This document shows, one piece after another, positions 1 through 15,600 of a stretch of 64,000 nt of DNA. Below the pieces are notes generated by a model. That model searched no databases, had not been told where the DNA came from, and saw only the letters and a program-made list of their open reading frames with translations. Each line of letters opens with the position of its first letter. Positions within the stretch are counted from its first letter, which is position 1. Source of the stretch: the human T2T-CHM13v2.0 reference genome, Homo sapiens; NCBI RefSeq assembly GCF_009914755.1, contig NC_060947.1; one strand, given 5' to 3'. A program made the translations under genes and the position numbers.

Positions 1-363
1 ATACTATGCAGCCATAAAAAAGAATGAGATCATGTCCTTTGCAGGGACATGGATGAAGCTGAATGCCGTTATCCTTAGCAAACTAACACAGGAACAGAAA
101 ACCAAATACTGCATGTTCTCACTCATAAGTGGGAGCTAAATGATGAGAACACATGGACACAAATATGGGAGCAACAGACACTGGAACCTACCTGGGGATG
201 GAGGGTGAGAGGAGGAAAGTATCAGGAAAAATAACTAATGGGTACTAGGCTTAACACCTGGGTGATGAAATAATCTGTACAACAAACTCCTGTGACACAA
301 GTTTACCCAGGTAACAAACCTGTACTTGTACCCTTGAACTTAAAATAAAAGTTAAAAAAAAAA
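1..363 (+). mobile_element. LINE-1 3' end (older primate L1PA/PB type), runs off window start
   Basis: Typical L1 3' text 'atactatgcagccataaaaaagaatgagatcatgtcctttgcagggacatgg...gaacttaaaataaaagttaaaaaaaa'. Confidence 0.9.
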
Positions 364-984
364 GTCTGGCATTCATCCAATCAAATTCCCTCACTTTTAT
401 GATGAGGAAGTATGAATTGCCCAGGTCTTTTGAGTGGTCAAGGGCAGGACCAGAGCTAAATGTGAGCTCATGTGAAGCTCAGCATTTTTTACCACATACT
501 ACCTTCTACATGTTCGTGTATCCTGTGATTTTAATGCAAATAGCAATGTGTTTGGATTAAAATATCAAACATCAAAAAAAGAAAGAAAGATGAGGAAGTT
601 ATATTGATATCAGATAAAGGACCAATAAAATGCATTATTTGAGCATAAATAGTCCCTACGTAATGGTCAAAATTTGTTTCTCCAGAAACATTTAACAATT
701 GTATAGTTGTATGCAGGTAATAAAACAGTCTCGAAAATATATAAAGCAATAAGTAGAACTATTGAGGGAAACTGAAAAATCCACCATTATTGTAGAAGAT
801 TTTAAATGTAATTATCTCAGTTATTGTTAAGTTGAACAGAAAAAAATAATAAACACATAAATGTGAACAATACAATAAGCAAAGTTAACTTGTGGCCATT
901 TACAGAAACCTGTACCCAATAATTGGAATATAAACTATTCTCAAGCATACACACACACACACAGCTGTGATGAGCACGTGAGGA

Positions 985-1740
985 AGAGTCCCCTGCAGGG
1001 CTGAGATATAGCATCCAAGGAATGGTCCTCCCCTATCCGAGGTGGGAAACAGAGCATCCAAGGAAGCTCCTTCACTTCATGGCCGACATAGAGAAACAAA
1101 GGAAGGCATCCCCTAACATAATTATGATGAGAACCCAGGGAAGAGCCTTCCAACTGCAGTTATGAAACAACCAAGGAAAAGTCTCCTTCCCAAGGGCTGA
1201 GATACAGCCCCTTAGAGTCACCCATCTGGACTGAGATAGAGCATTATGGAAAATCCTTTCCAGGGCTAAGATACAGCACCTCAGAAACAGCCCCATCCAA
1301 AAGGGATGTGACAGAGCCCACAAGGAAGCATTCACCTAGGGTTGAGGTAGGGCACCCAGGGAAGCTAAGAGCTTTCTCCCAGGATTAAGTTAAAACCCAG
1401 AGGAAGATTCATCACCCCCATGCTGAGACAGAGGAACCCATGAAAGTCCTCTGCAGGGCTTGAAGAGAGCATATGAGGAAACACTCACAACACCACCACC
1501 ACAACCAAGGGTTGAAGTCCACATATCGGGTAAGCCCAGCTGTTACTCAGTGTATGCCAGAGAACTTGTTGGGCTGCCACATTGGCAGAACTCATTGGAG
1601 ATCTACCTTTGGGAATTTGAGGTTAGTATACAGGAAAGAATCCCTTTAACCCAGAGCTAAGATAGATTAACTTCCAAAAAGTTTATCCTGAAATACTGCT
1701 GAGATACAGTGCCTTGGAAAGAGCTCCCCACTACAGATCT
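985..1740. repeat. Highly degenerate ~38-40 bp tandem repeat
   Basis: Recurrent motif cagggctgagatacagca... near 997, 1193, 1227, 1261, 1301, 1338, 1380, 1419, 1455; period estimated by eye. Confidence 0.55.
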
Positions 1741-1834
1741 TAAATGGAATACTCAAATAACCTCCCCCAACCCCCCAATGTTGAATGAAATTCTATCCTA
1801 TTCATCTTAGCACCAATGTTGATATTCTGACCTT

Positions 1835-2141
1835 GCTGGGCGTGGTTGCTCACGCCTATAATGTCAGCACTTTGGAAGGTCGTGGAGGGTGGATTGCTTG
1901 AGCCCGAGTTTGAGACCAGCCTGGGCAACATAGTGAGACCCCATCTCTACAAAAAATAGGTATGGTGGTGCATGCCTGTGGTCCCAGCTACTCGGGAGGC
2001 TGAGGTGGGAGGATCACTTGAGCCCAGGAGGTCAAGGCTGCAGTGAGCCCTGTTCACTGCCACTGCACGCCAGCCTGAGAGACAAAGTAAGACTCTGTCT
2101 CAAACATAAAAATGAGAAAACAAAAAACAAAAAAAACAAAA
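1835..2141 (+). mobile_element. Alu (AluJ-like)
   Basis: gctgggcgtggttgctcacgcctataat...gcccaggaggtcaaggctgcagtgagc..., A-rich tail. Confidence 0.9.
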
Positions 2142-2239
2142 CCCTGATCTTGCCAGAGGAGTATGGCTGCACCTCACAAAATGGCAATAAAGTTGTTATG
2201 GTGCCTCACCACTGCTGGAACTTTCTAGAAACCTGCCCT

Positions 2240-2600
2240 CTAGGAGTTGTGGGAAATGTGCCCCCTAGGGCGCCCGGGAATGATGCGCATGGGGAGGCGT
2301 CTCACCATAAGCACCGATCACTCGTATGGTCCAAGCGCAATGGAAGGAAGGGAAGCTGCAGGCCACCACGTGCCCTGCTCCAACCGAACTCTGGGATCTG
2401 TGTGGGGCGCCAGAGTCCCTAGGAGAAGCCTCTCGCTCAGTGGGTGCCAGCCTAGAGAACCTGGAAGCGCAGCCCTCCCTTTCGCTGACTCTGGCGCCCT
2501 CTAAAGGCGGCCTTCAGTAACAACTGTACAGCCGACATAGGCGGAGGAACACAGACCCTTCTCACACAGCGGGATAAAAAGGTGAATTTGGAGCTGACAG
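2240..2600 (+). promoter_or_regulatory. CpG-enriched putative promoter / non-coding first exon of the SAGE-like gene
   Basis: Local excess of CpG and GC outside any Alu; tgcgcatg (NRF1-like half site) near 2284; possible donor aaaag|gtgaat at 2581/2582; lies ~2 kb upstream of the first coding-type exon. Function is inferred. Confidence 0.45.
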
Positions 2601-3170
2601 GAAAATATATCTTGTGACATATTTGTCTGGCTTTGATATCGGGGTGATATTGGCTTCATAGAATGAAGTAGTGTTCCTTCGTCCGTTATTTTTTGAAGAC
2701 ATTGCCAAGTATTGGTATTATTTCTTCCGTAAATGTTTGCAGAATTTACACGTGAAGCCACCTTGGCTTGGCTTGTATTTGTGGGGAGATTTTAAATTAC
2801 TAATTAAATCCCTTTTCTTTCAATAGTCCTATTTCGATTTTCTATTTCTTCTTGAGTCAGTAATTTGTCTTCTAGGATTTTTTTCTATTTTATCTAAGTT
2901 GTTTAGTGTGTTGGCATAAAGTTGTTCATAATTTATTCCTCTGAGTTTCTATAAGGTCAGTATTAATTACCCCCCTTTCATTCTTGATTTTGATAATCTG
3001 TGAGTCCTTTCTTTTTTTCCTTGGTCAGTCAAGTTAAAAGATTGTTAGGTTTCTTTCACTTTTTCAGTGAACCAACTTTTGATTTCATTGATTTTTCTGT
3101 TTTTTTATTTTATTGATTTTCTTCTACTCTAATTTCCATCATTCCTCTCCTACTGCTTGTCTGTGTTAAA
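2600..3170 (-). mobile_element. Old LINE-1 (L1M-type) fragment
   Basis: T-rich antisense L1 ORF2-like text; ORF 2501..2761(-) contains 'EGTLLHSMKPISPRYQSQT', resembling decayed L1 ORF2. Confidence 0.6.
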
Positions 3171-4107
3171 TACATCAATTTAAAACTTCAGGAATAATGA
3201 ATTACTTGTTTCATAAAGGAGGACTTAGACATACAGAAATGCTTATGATATTGCAAGTAGCAGTCATTTAGACAAGTTAACTAGGAGGAAATTTGCTATG
3301 CTGAAACCAGACACGTTTTTGTGTCGGCCTTTATTGATTTTGAAAATATCAAGTCTAGTTTGTAGGAAGGTGTTTATTGTATGAGTAGTTTATTTTTGAA
3401 TATTTTAAAATTTAGAATGTCCATTTTCACTAAATCCCAGAAGTTTATTTTTTTCAAGCTTAAAGGAAAGTATGTATTAGCCAGCACATACACTATCCTC
3501 TTTGTGCTTTATCTCTGGTAATCCTTATGAGAGCGCCATGAGTTAGATACTGTTTTATGCCCACTTTATGGAAATAGAATCGTAGAGTGCATATTTAAGC
3601 AGCCCTCACAGGTTTATCCAGTTGGAAAAGTGACAGAACCTAGGTCTGTCAGATTTCAGAGATTGCACACACAAATACTATATGACACTGCCTACCGCTG
3701 TGAGTTCAGCAGAGAATTCCTTGTTTATATGGAAATAACAAAGCTGATAGTGTCCAGGATAATTGGCATCAGTTTACAAACCCTCTGTACCCCAATGTTG
3801 GTGATTTTAAGTGGGGTCATCTGTCCACTAAATTAATCAGATCTCAGGCTGGTCACACTTCTGAAATTATACACCAAGTTTGTGTGTAAGGGTATTTTTC
3901 CAGGGAAAAATATCTATAGATTTCAGCAAGTTATCCAAAGAGGGTTAGGCCCACTATTTAGCGTTCTCTGGATGATAAGAGAATGCCATGGAGCCTACAC
4001 CCTTTCAATGGGGAGAATAGTGTCGATTTCTTTGCCATTTATGTTCTAGTTTTTAATCAGAGTGTTCTAGTCACACACACATAGTTAGCTATGAGGAATA
4101 TCTGCAG

Positions 4108-4217
4108 ATGCTGGTTCAAAGGAGTCAGTCACTTCAAATCGGACACTTCAAACGAGTCAGCCAACTCCACCTGAAGAAGTTTATACTTTTGGCTGTGTGT
4201 TTATAAATAATGGGCAG
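4108..4217 (+). pseudogene. Duplicated, frameshifted copy of the SAGE first coding exon
   Basis: ctgcag|ATG...GGGCAG|gtaag; 3' part reads [24 protein letters not shown]; upstream flank resembles 4620-4704; 110 nt long, so its ATG is out of frame with the conserved part. Confidence 0.75.
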
Positions 4218-4704
4218 GTAAGTTAAGTAGGACAGTGTATGTGCTCATTAATACATACTTCTCCTTTGAGCTTTAAAAAATGAACTTGAATAATTCAGTG
4301 AAAATTGGCATTCTAAATATTAAAGTATTAATATTTAGAATTAGATTTTTAGTTGGGATGGTGGTGTAAGGGAGGTCAGCCCATTCTCAAACTGAGCTGG
4401 AGGCATAAGGGAATTGTTTAACCTAGTGGTGTGAACCTATAGGAAGTAGTGAGGGTGGACTGAGTCATGACTTAGGTAAAGGGAGATGATTCTAGATCAC
4501 GGAACATGATATAGATTCTAGATATGAGATTCTAAACTGTGTTTGGTGCCAAGGCACACATTACTAAGACAGTCTGTGATCATGTACTCTCAAGAGGATC
4601 ATATATTTCAGCTGTGTAGCACTGATTTATGTGCCAGTTATGTTCCAGTTATAAATCAAAGTGTTCTAGTAACACACATAGTTAATTATGAGGACTATCT
4701 GCAG

Positions 4705-4791
4705 ATACAGGCTTCTCCACTTCAAACGAGTCAACCAACTCCACCTGAAGAACTTCATACAGTTGGCTACGTGTTTACAAATGATGGGCAG
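4705..4791 (+). pseudogene. SAGE-like first coding exon, start codon mutated (ATA)
   Basis: ctgcag|ATA CAG GCT TCT...GAT GGG CAG|gtaag, 87 nt = [29 protein letters not shown]. Confidence 0.88.
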
Positions 4792-5956
4792 GTAAGATAA
4801 CTATTTCTATTTCTGCCCTAATTGTGACGTTTTTAGTATAATTACTTTCTTATTGAAAAAATAAACGTGAACTATAGGTGTTAATTCTCTTGATTTAAAA
4901 GATAAAACATGACACGGGAATTCTTATGTGAACATAAAATGGGAATTTTTTGAACCAAGAGTGGATTCATTACACAAGGAACTAAGTTTTTAATTATCAC
5001 ATTTAATACTCATAATTGTTCTGCAGATGTGTATTACTATATCCCCTTTAGTAAGAAATAAAGGCTGACAGTGGTCAAATGGCTTGCCCCAAGTGACACA
5101 TGATAGGAGGTAGAGCCAGGGTTTGAACGCATACCTTTCTGACTCCAGACTCTATATTCTTTCCCACTCCCCACAATAACTCCTTTCATATCGAGATTAC
5201 AGTCTACAGTCTCTGTTTCTCTTATCCAAGTCTCTAGTGCTCTATCTAAAAAATGACTAAGTATTCCTCGTGGACTATGAAGCACTAGATGATGTTGCCA
5301 TAATTGGATTGTCCTAATGGAGATCTTAATATGAGTTTTGTGTTGTGTATGAGATAGACATACTAACTCCACCATTAAAACATGAAGACAAAAGAGATTG
5401 CATCTGCAGTTGTGGAACAGACCATTGGCCTAAGGACACAGGTAGGCAATAATCTCTTCTGTGACAAAAACAGACTAAAGTTATTCCACCATATTCCCAA
5501 AACTCCTCAATTAATTAAACTTTTCCTTAATTTTCTGTGCCTTTATTTTCTCTTTTTTAACAATAGAGATAAGAATCACACCACATTCATAGAGATTGGC
5601 CAAGGATTGCGTTAATACATGTAAAGCATTTAGAACCGTAACTGGATGGTAGTAGATGTTCGGTAAAAATGTTTTCACACATTCTAAGCCCCTATTTTAT
5701 AGGAAATGAAAATGGTTTGGAAAATTTTAAAATCAACATTATATATAAATATATTTTTATTAAATACTATATTTAATAAAATTTATATAATAAATATAAC
5801 TATTTTTATTATTATTGATATTTATTAATATAATAAATGTGAATTTTATTAAATATTAATAAATTTGTATAATAAATATAAATATATTTATTTTTAATAA
5901 TAAAATATAAATTTTATTAAATATGCTCCTGCATATTTAATGCAGGAGCATAATCT

Positions 5957-8858
<2,902 letters not shown>

Positions 8859-9001
8859 CAGGAGCATAGTCTTGGGTTATCCTTTGATGAAAATAGCTTT
8901 TAGTTAGCCTAGTATACCCTTGAATTTCATGTTTTATCTACCATCAACATTGCAAAGCACGCCCTATCCCTGTCTGTCTCCAAGATCAACATATTGGAAT
9001 A

Positions 9002-9663
9002 AAAGATTTGTCATCACTCAACACACATGATGCTCTCATAAAAGGCAAGTTAATTTTAATCTAGTCTCAGTGAAACAAGGGAAGGTAAAATACAAGGTGT
9101 TATCCAAAGTCAAACATGGTGCAGTCATGATTAATCAGAATGCTTGGGGAATGAAGCATATAGAAACATATAGATAGTGATACATATAGATATAATGATA
9201 TCTATATGTATCTATATGATATACATAATGATACATATAGATAGTGAAGGGTAGGATAGATTGAAAAGGTAAATGTTCCCACACCTCCATGGTGGGAACA
9301 TTTACCTTTTCAATCTATCCTACCCTTCACTATCTATATGTATCATCTAATAAAGTATTTATCAGTGTTTGTTAATACGTAGCTTTAAAGCACTGAAAGA
9401 TAAGAAAGGTATTTCTTTTTTTTGGTCCCCTAACAAGGGCTGAGACAAAATGATGTGTAATTCATTAGAGATATAACCATATGTTTATTCCTTTGGTTGA
9501 TGGAAGCCACTCATTCCCCAAACATTCTGATTAATCATGACTGTACCATGTTTGACTTTGGATAACACCTTGTATTTTACCTTCCCTTGTTTCACTGAGA
9601 CTAGATTAAAATTAGCTTGCCTTTTCTGAGAGCGTCGTGTGTGTTGAGTGATGAGAAATCTTT
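9002..9663. repeat. Nested inverted repeats (153-bp outer arms, 55-bp perfect inner hairpin)
   Basis: 9002-9154 is the reverse complement of 9511-9663 with about 7 mismatches; 9228-9282 is the exact reverse complement of 9292-9346 with a 9-nt loop. Confidence 0.92.
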
Positions 9664-9672
9664 GACCTGTGA

Positions 9673-10068
<396 letters not shown>

Positions 10069-10111
10069 TAGGATTTGTCTTTAAGGGAATATGTTCACTG
10101 ATGTTTTTCAG

Positions 10112-10244
10112 CAAATGAGGAGTGATGAAGTAAATCAGGTTGCAACAGGGCATCAAAGCAAACAGAAACGTTCCAGAAAATCCAAGAGACACTCTTCATC
10201 TAAGAGAGGGAAGAGTATGTCCCTGCGGTTAGACAAACAGGAAG
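10112..10244 (+). pseudogene. SAGE-like second coding exon (basic, NLS-like)
   Basis: tttcag|CAA ATG AGG...CAG GAA G|gtgag, 133 nt, [44 protein letters not shown]. Confidence 0.9.
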
Positions 10245-12614
10245 GTGAGGGGGAATCCAATCTTTGGGCCTCAACCATGTCAAAGGACATTTGTAGTCAT
10301 GTCCTTGAGGGATGAACAGATATGAGCACATTTGCAAGTGGAAGGGCAAGGTTCTAATTAGGTGCAACAATTTGGAGTTGCTGCAAGTGTTAGATGAATG
10401 AAGCAGGTTCCTGAGGCAGAAGGAGATGGTGGGCTCAACAAGAGGATGAGTCTGCTCACTTTCTGCCTGTCCTCACATTCCGCTCTAACCCAGTGTGGTC
10501 TGGCTTCTTAGTGTACTCCAATGAAACTACTATCATTAAGGTCACCAGTGTTTGCTACACTTTGGCGTTAATGTCTCAGCAGCATGCGACACAGTTGTTT
10601 ACTCCCTCCTGCACGGAAAGCTTCTTGGGTCCCCAGACACCTGGATTTCTTACCCTGTTACTGGAGACTCATTTTCCTTCTCTTTTTTGTTTTTTTCCTC
10701 TCCCTTCCCACCTCTAAATATTTCGGAACCCCAAAGCTTAATCCTAGACTCTCTTCTCTTCAGTATACTATCTATTTAGGCGATGCCATGCTGTCTTAGA
10801 ATTTTAAATGATTCACACTATAAGAATTCTCACCATTATACTTCAGCACTACAACTTGCTCCTGAAATCCAGACTCAAATACAACTACACGCGCGGTATC
10901 TCTACTGGGTGTCTAATAGGCATGTAAAATTCAACTGGCTCTACGTGTTCAAATTTCTGACCTCCCTCTCTCCAAAAATACTCTACTTTCATCCTTCACT
11001 TTTCAATTAAAGATACTGTCCATTAGGTGAAATATCCTCTAAGTTGTAGCAACCAGCTGTTCACAGGTATCGAGGATTGAGAAGTCCTGGTTTTTGGAGT
11101 TTGCAGCTATCCATAGAGCAGATAATCCCACCATGGCCTAGTTCAAGCTGTCAACGTAAGGTCACGGAACCAGATTCAAGAAGAGTTGGCAGCACTCAGC
11201 TCTCACAGTCGGTTGCCTAACACCTCCTGAACACCCCGGTGTACTTTTACTTAGTAGTTCAAGTCAAAATACTTAAAGTCACTTATGAGTTATCTTACGA
11301 TTCTTTTATTACTCTCTCATTTCCCATCTCTTAGCAAGTCTAGTAGTCGATGCCCAGTATAAATTCTGCATCCAACCGTTTCTCTCTGTCCCTCCAGTGC
11401 ACACTTCCGTGATCTCTCTCCAAGATAGTACAATGCCTTCTTAGCTCAGTGTTTCTAATCTTCGCTCATCTATCACATACTCTAACCCTATGGCTAGATA
11501 ATTATGTCAGCGTGTAAATTACATCATGCCATGTCCCTCCTGAAAACCCAACCTCAACTCTCCTAAGCACTCAGAACAGACCCTGAACCGGCTTTGGTCT
11601 CCAAGCCTCTGCACAGACTGGCCTCTATCACCCTCTCCTAACGCGGGTCCCGTCCATTTCCTCCTGGCTCTCTCTGCCTCTGTCCTTCACCTCTCTAGTG
11701 CCCGGTCTATCCCCACTCCATCCCCTAACCTTGGCCTCACCGCAACCTGGAACTCTCCCTCTGCCTCTGCACAGGAGGTTCTGCTTCTTCCTCCAAGCAC
11801 TGCCCGATGGCACCTTTTCAGAAGGCCCTGCCAACAAGCTGCAGCCCCTGGGGCTACCTCTGCTGCTGTCTCCCACATGCCTGTGGACTGCTTCCCCAAA
11901 ACCAGCCCAGCACTGTTTGTTTCATTTGCTCTTTGTACATGTTTTGTCTGACTGCCCCATGAGGATGTGAGCTCCACAGGGCAGGGAACGTTGCTCTCTG
12001 GGCTGTTTACTGCCGATCCCCAGCTCCTGGCACGCTGCCTGCCACAGATGGTGAATAAATGAAAGAGGTGTCAGACCTGGAGTGAAAAGAAAGTCACTTT
12101 TTCTAGACAAAAGGGAAGGATCTGTAGAATCATATAAAAACACAGATGTATGATGATGGAGTGGAGATAAGAGTGTTCAACTCCAATAGCCACCTCTAAT
12201 TTCTCAGAATATTTGAGGTAGAAAGGAGGCAGGTTAAGGACGGCTCACTTAGTCTGGCTTCCTGCTGCACACAGCATGGCATTTATAGGTGAATTACAAC
12301 AATAATATCAAATGAGAAATGTAAAGGGCAGCAAGATGATACAAAATGATGAGTACTAAAACCTGTGAATATTTATTCTGCTGTCGTACTTCTTTACTGC
12401 ATGTATTCATTATGCCAAGAGGTAAGAAGGTAGTTTTACTGTGTTATCTAACCTGATCTCTGTTTGCAAGATCTGAGATTCCCACGTGGTAAATCCTTCT
12501 GTTTCATGAAATAAATAATTTCCTAGAAACTGATTAATACATAGCTGTCCCTCTGGGGGAGGATTGGACAAAGCACACCTATCTTGCAGCTCAACCTCTT
12601 CATTTGGTTTCCAG

Positions 12615-15600
12615 ATGCTAGCATCACTCACAATGTCCATGAAGAGAAGGTAAAAAATGGCCAGCCAGCACCTGGTAATGTCATCACAACTGTTCCACCA
12701 GTGCTTATTAATATGGCTGCAGCTGGTATTTCATCCATGAGTACTAGGGATCAGTGTAAGTTTGCTCACTTGGTATACTGTTCTATTTGATTTCCACTAT
12801 GCAGTATATGCATAGTCTCATGAGGGAAGAAGGTAATTTTGTTGTATTATCTTTTCTGGCCTCAATTTTAGGGTTCTCAAATTGCTACCTGGTATATCCT
12901 CCTTCTTTATGAGATAATTTCCTAGATACTGAGCATCAGAGGGGTATGCCTGTGTGGTTGACATAATGCACTTACCTCGCAGCTCAACCACTTCATTTGG
13001 TTTCCAGATGTTGCAGTCACTCACAGCATTCGTGAAGAGAGGATAAATAACGGCCAACCAGCACCTGATAACACCTTGTCGACTGCTCGACTGCTGGTAA
13101 TATGGCAGCAGCTGGAGTTTCATCCACGAGCACGAGAGATCTGTGTATGTCTGCTTGTTATTTGGACTTGTCCTATTTGGTTTACATAAGCAGGCATATT
13201 TTCATGAATGGTGGAAGGTGGTTTTGTTGTATATTATTTCCTAGCCTCAATTTGAGGGGTATCAGATGGCCACCCGCCATATCCTCCACTGATTTTTTAG
13301 ATAATCTCCTAGAAACTGAGCATCAGAGGGATAGGCCTGTGGGATTGACAAAATGCACTTACCTCACAACTCAACCTCTTCACTTAGTTTCCACATGCTA
13401 CCGTCAATCCCAATGTCCATGAAGAGAGGAAGGAAAATGGCCAACTGCAAATGGATAACGTCTTGTCAAATGTTCTATCAGGGCTGATTTATATGGCAGG
13501 AGCTTGTATACCAGCGATGAGTACCAGGGATCTGTGTATGTTTGCTTATTGGTTGTAGTGTTCTCCTTGGTTTCCATATGCAAGCATAGTGTCATGAAGG
13601 GAAGAAGATGGTTTTGTTGAATTATTTTTCCTGGCCTCAATTTGAGGGGACTCAGATCATTATATGATGTATTCTCCTGCTTTATCAGATAATTTCTTAG
13701 AAACTGAGCATCAGTGGGATATACCGGTGAGGTGGTCATAATGCACTTACCTCACAGCTCAACCTGTTCCACTGGTTTCCAGATGTTACCATCACTCACA
13801 ATGTCCGTGAAGAGAGGATGGAAAATGACCAACCCCAAACTGATAATGTCTTGTCAACTGCTCCACCACAGCTTGGTTATATGGCTGCAGCTCCATCCAC
13901 AAGTATCAGGGATCTGTGTATGTCTGCTAATTAGTTGTACTTTCATACTTGTTTTCCATAAGCGTGCATATTTTCATGAAGGGTAGAAGTCGGTTTTATT
14001 GTATATTCTTTCTTAGCCTCAATTTGAGGGGTCTCAGATGGCCACCTGGCATATCCTCCCTGCTTTCTTAGATAATTTCCTAGAAACAGAACATCAGAAG
14101 GTTATACCTGGGGGGTTACCATAATGCACTTACCTCACAACTCAACCTGTTCATTTGGTTTTCAGATGCTACAGTCACCTTCACAGTCCCTGAAGAGAAG
14201 ATGGAAAATGGCCAACCCCAATCTGAGAACCCCTTGTCAACTGCTCCAACAGGGTTTATTAATATGGCAGGAGCTGTTATTCCATCCATGAGTACCAATG
14301 ATCTGTGTATGTTCACTTATAAATTGGATTGTCCTGCTTGGTTTCCATATGCATGCATATTGTCATGAAGAGGAGATGGAGGTTTTGTTGTATTATCTTC
14401 CGTGAGCTCAATTTGAGGGGTGTCAGATCACCAACTGTCATGTCCTCCTGCTTTATGCAATAATTTCTTAGAAGCTGAGCATCAGAGGGATATACCTTTG
14501 GGGTTAACATAATGCACTTACTCACAGTTCACCCTCTTCATTTGTTTTCCAGATTCCACCGTCACTCACAATGTCCGTGAAGAGAAGATGGAAAATGACC
14601 AACCCCAACCTAATAACATGTTGTCAACTGTTCAACCAGTGGTTATTTATTTGGCAGCAGCTGGTATTCTGGGCATGAGTACCAGGGATCAGTGTATGTT
14701 TGTTTACTAGTTGTAGTGTCCTACTTGGTTTCTATATGAATGCACAGTGTCAAAAAGGGAAGGAGGTTGTTTTGTTAGATTCTCTTTTGTGAGCTCAATT
14801 TGAGGTGTCTCAGATCATCACCTGGTGTATCCTCCTGCTTTATGAGATAAATTTCCTAGACACTGATCATCAGAGGGATATACCTGTAGGGTTGACACAA
14901 TACACTTAGCTCACAGCTCAACCCTTTTATTTGGTTTTCAGATGCTACCGTCACTCACAATGTCTGTGAAGAGAGGGTGGAAAATAACCAACCACTACCT
15001 AATAACGGCTTGTCAACTGTTCTACCAGGGCTTACTTATTTGGCAGCAGCTGGTATTCCAGCCATGAGTACCAGGGATCAGTGTAAGTTTGTTTACTAGT
15101 TGTAGTGTCCTACTTGGTTTCCATATGCATGCATATTGTCATCAAGGGAAGAAGGTGGTATTGTCGTATTATGTTTTCTGGCCTCAATTTGAGGGTTCTC
15201 AGAGGGCTGCCTAGTATATCCTAGTTCTTTATGAGATAAATTCCTAGATAGTGAGCATCAGAGGGGTATCCCTGTGGGATTCATATACTGTACTTACCTC
15301 ACAGCTCATCCACTACATTTGGTTTCCAGATGCTACCATCACTCACAATGTCCATGAAGAGAAGATAAATAATGGCCAACCAGCCCTGATAATGTCATGT
15401 CAACTCTTATACCAGGGCTTATTAATTTGGCAGGAGCTGGTATTCTACCTATGAGTATCAGAGATCAGTGTGTGTTTGTTTACTAGTTGTACTATCCTAC
15501 TTTGTTTCCATATGCATGCAGTGTCATAAATGGAAGAATGTAGTTTTATTGTATTGTCTTTCGTGAGCTGAATTTGTGGGATCTCAGATCACCACCTGGT

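Noticed and set aside
5720-5940. AT-only quasi-palindromic stretch
   Set aside because: Low complexity; self-complementarity is expected by chance.
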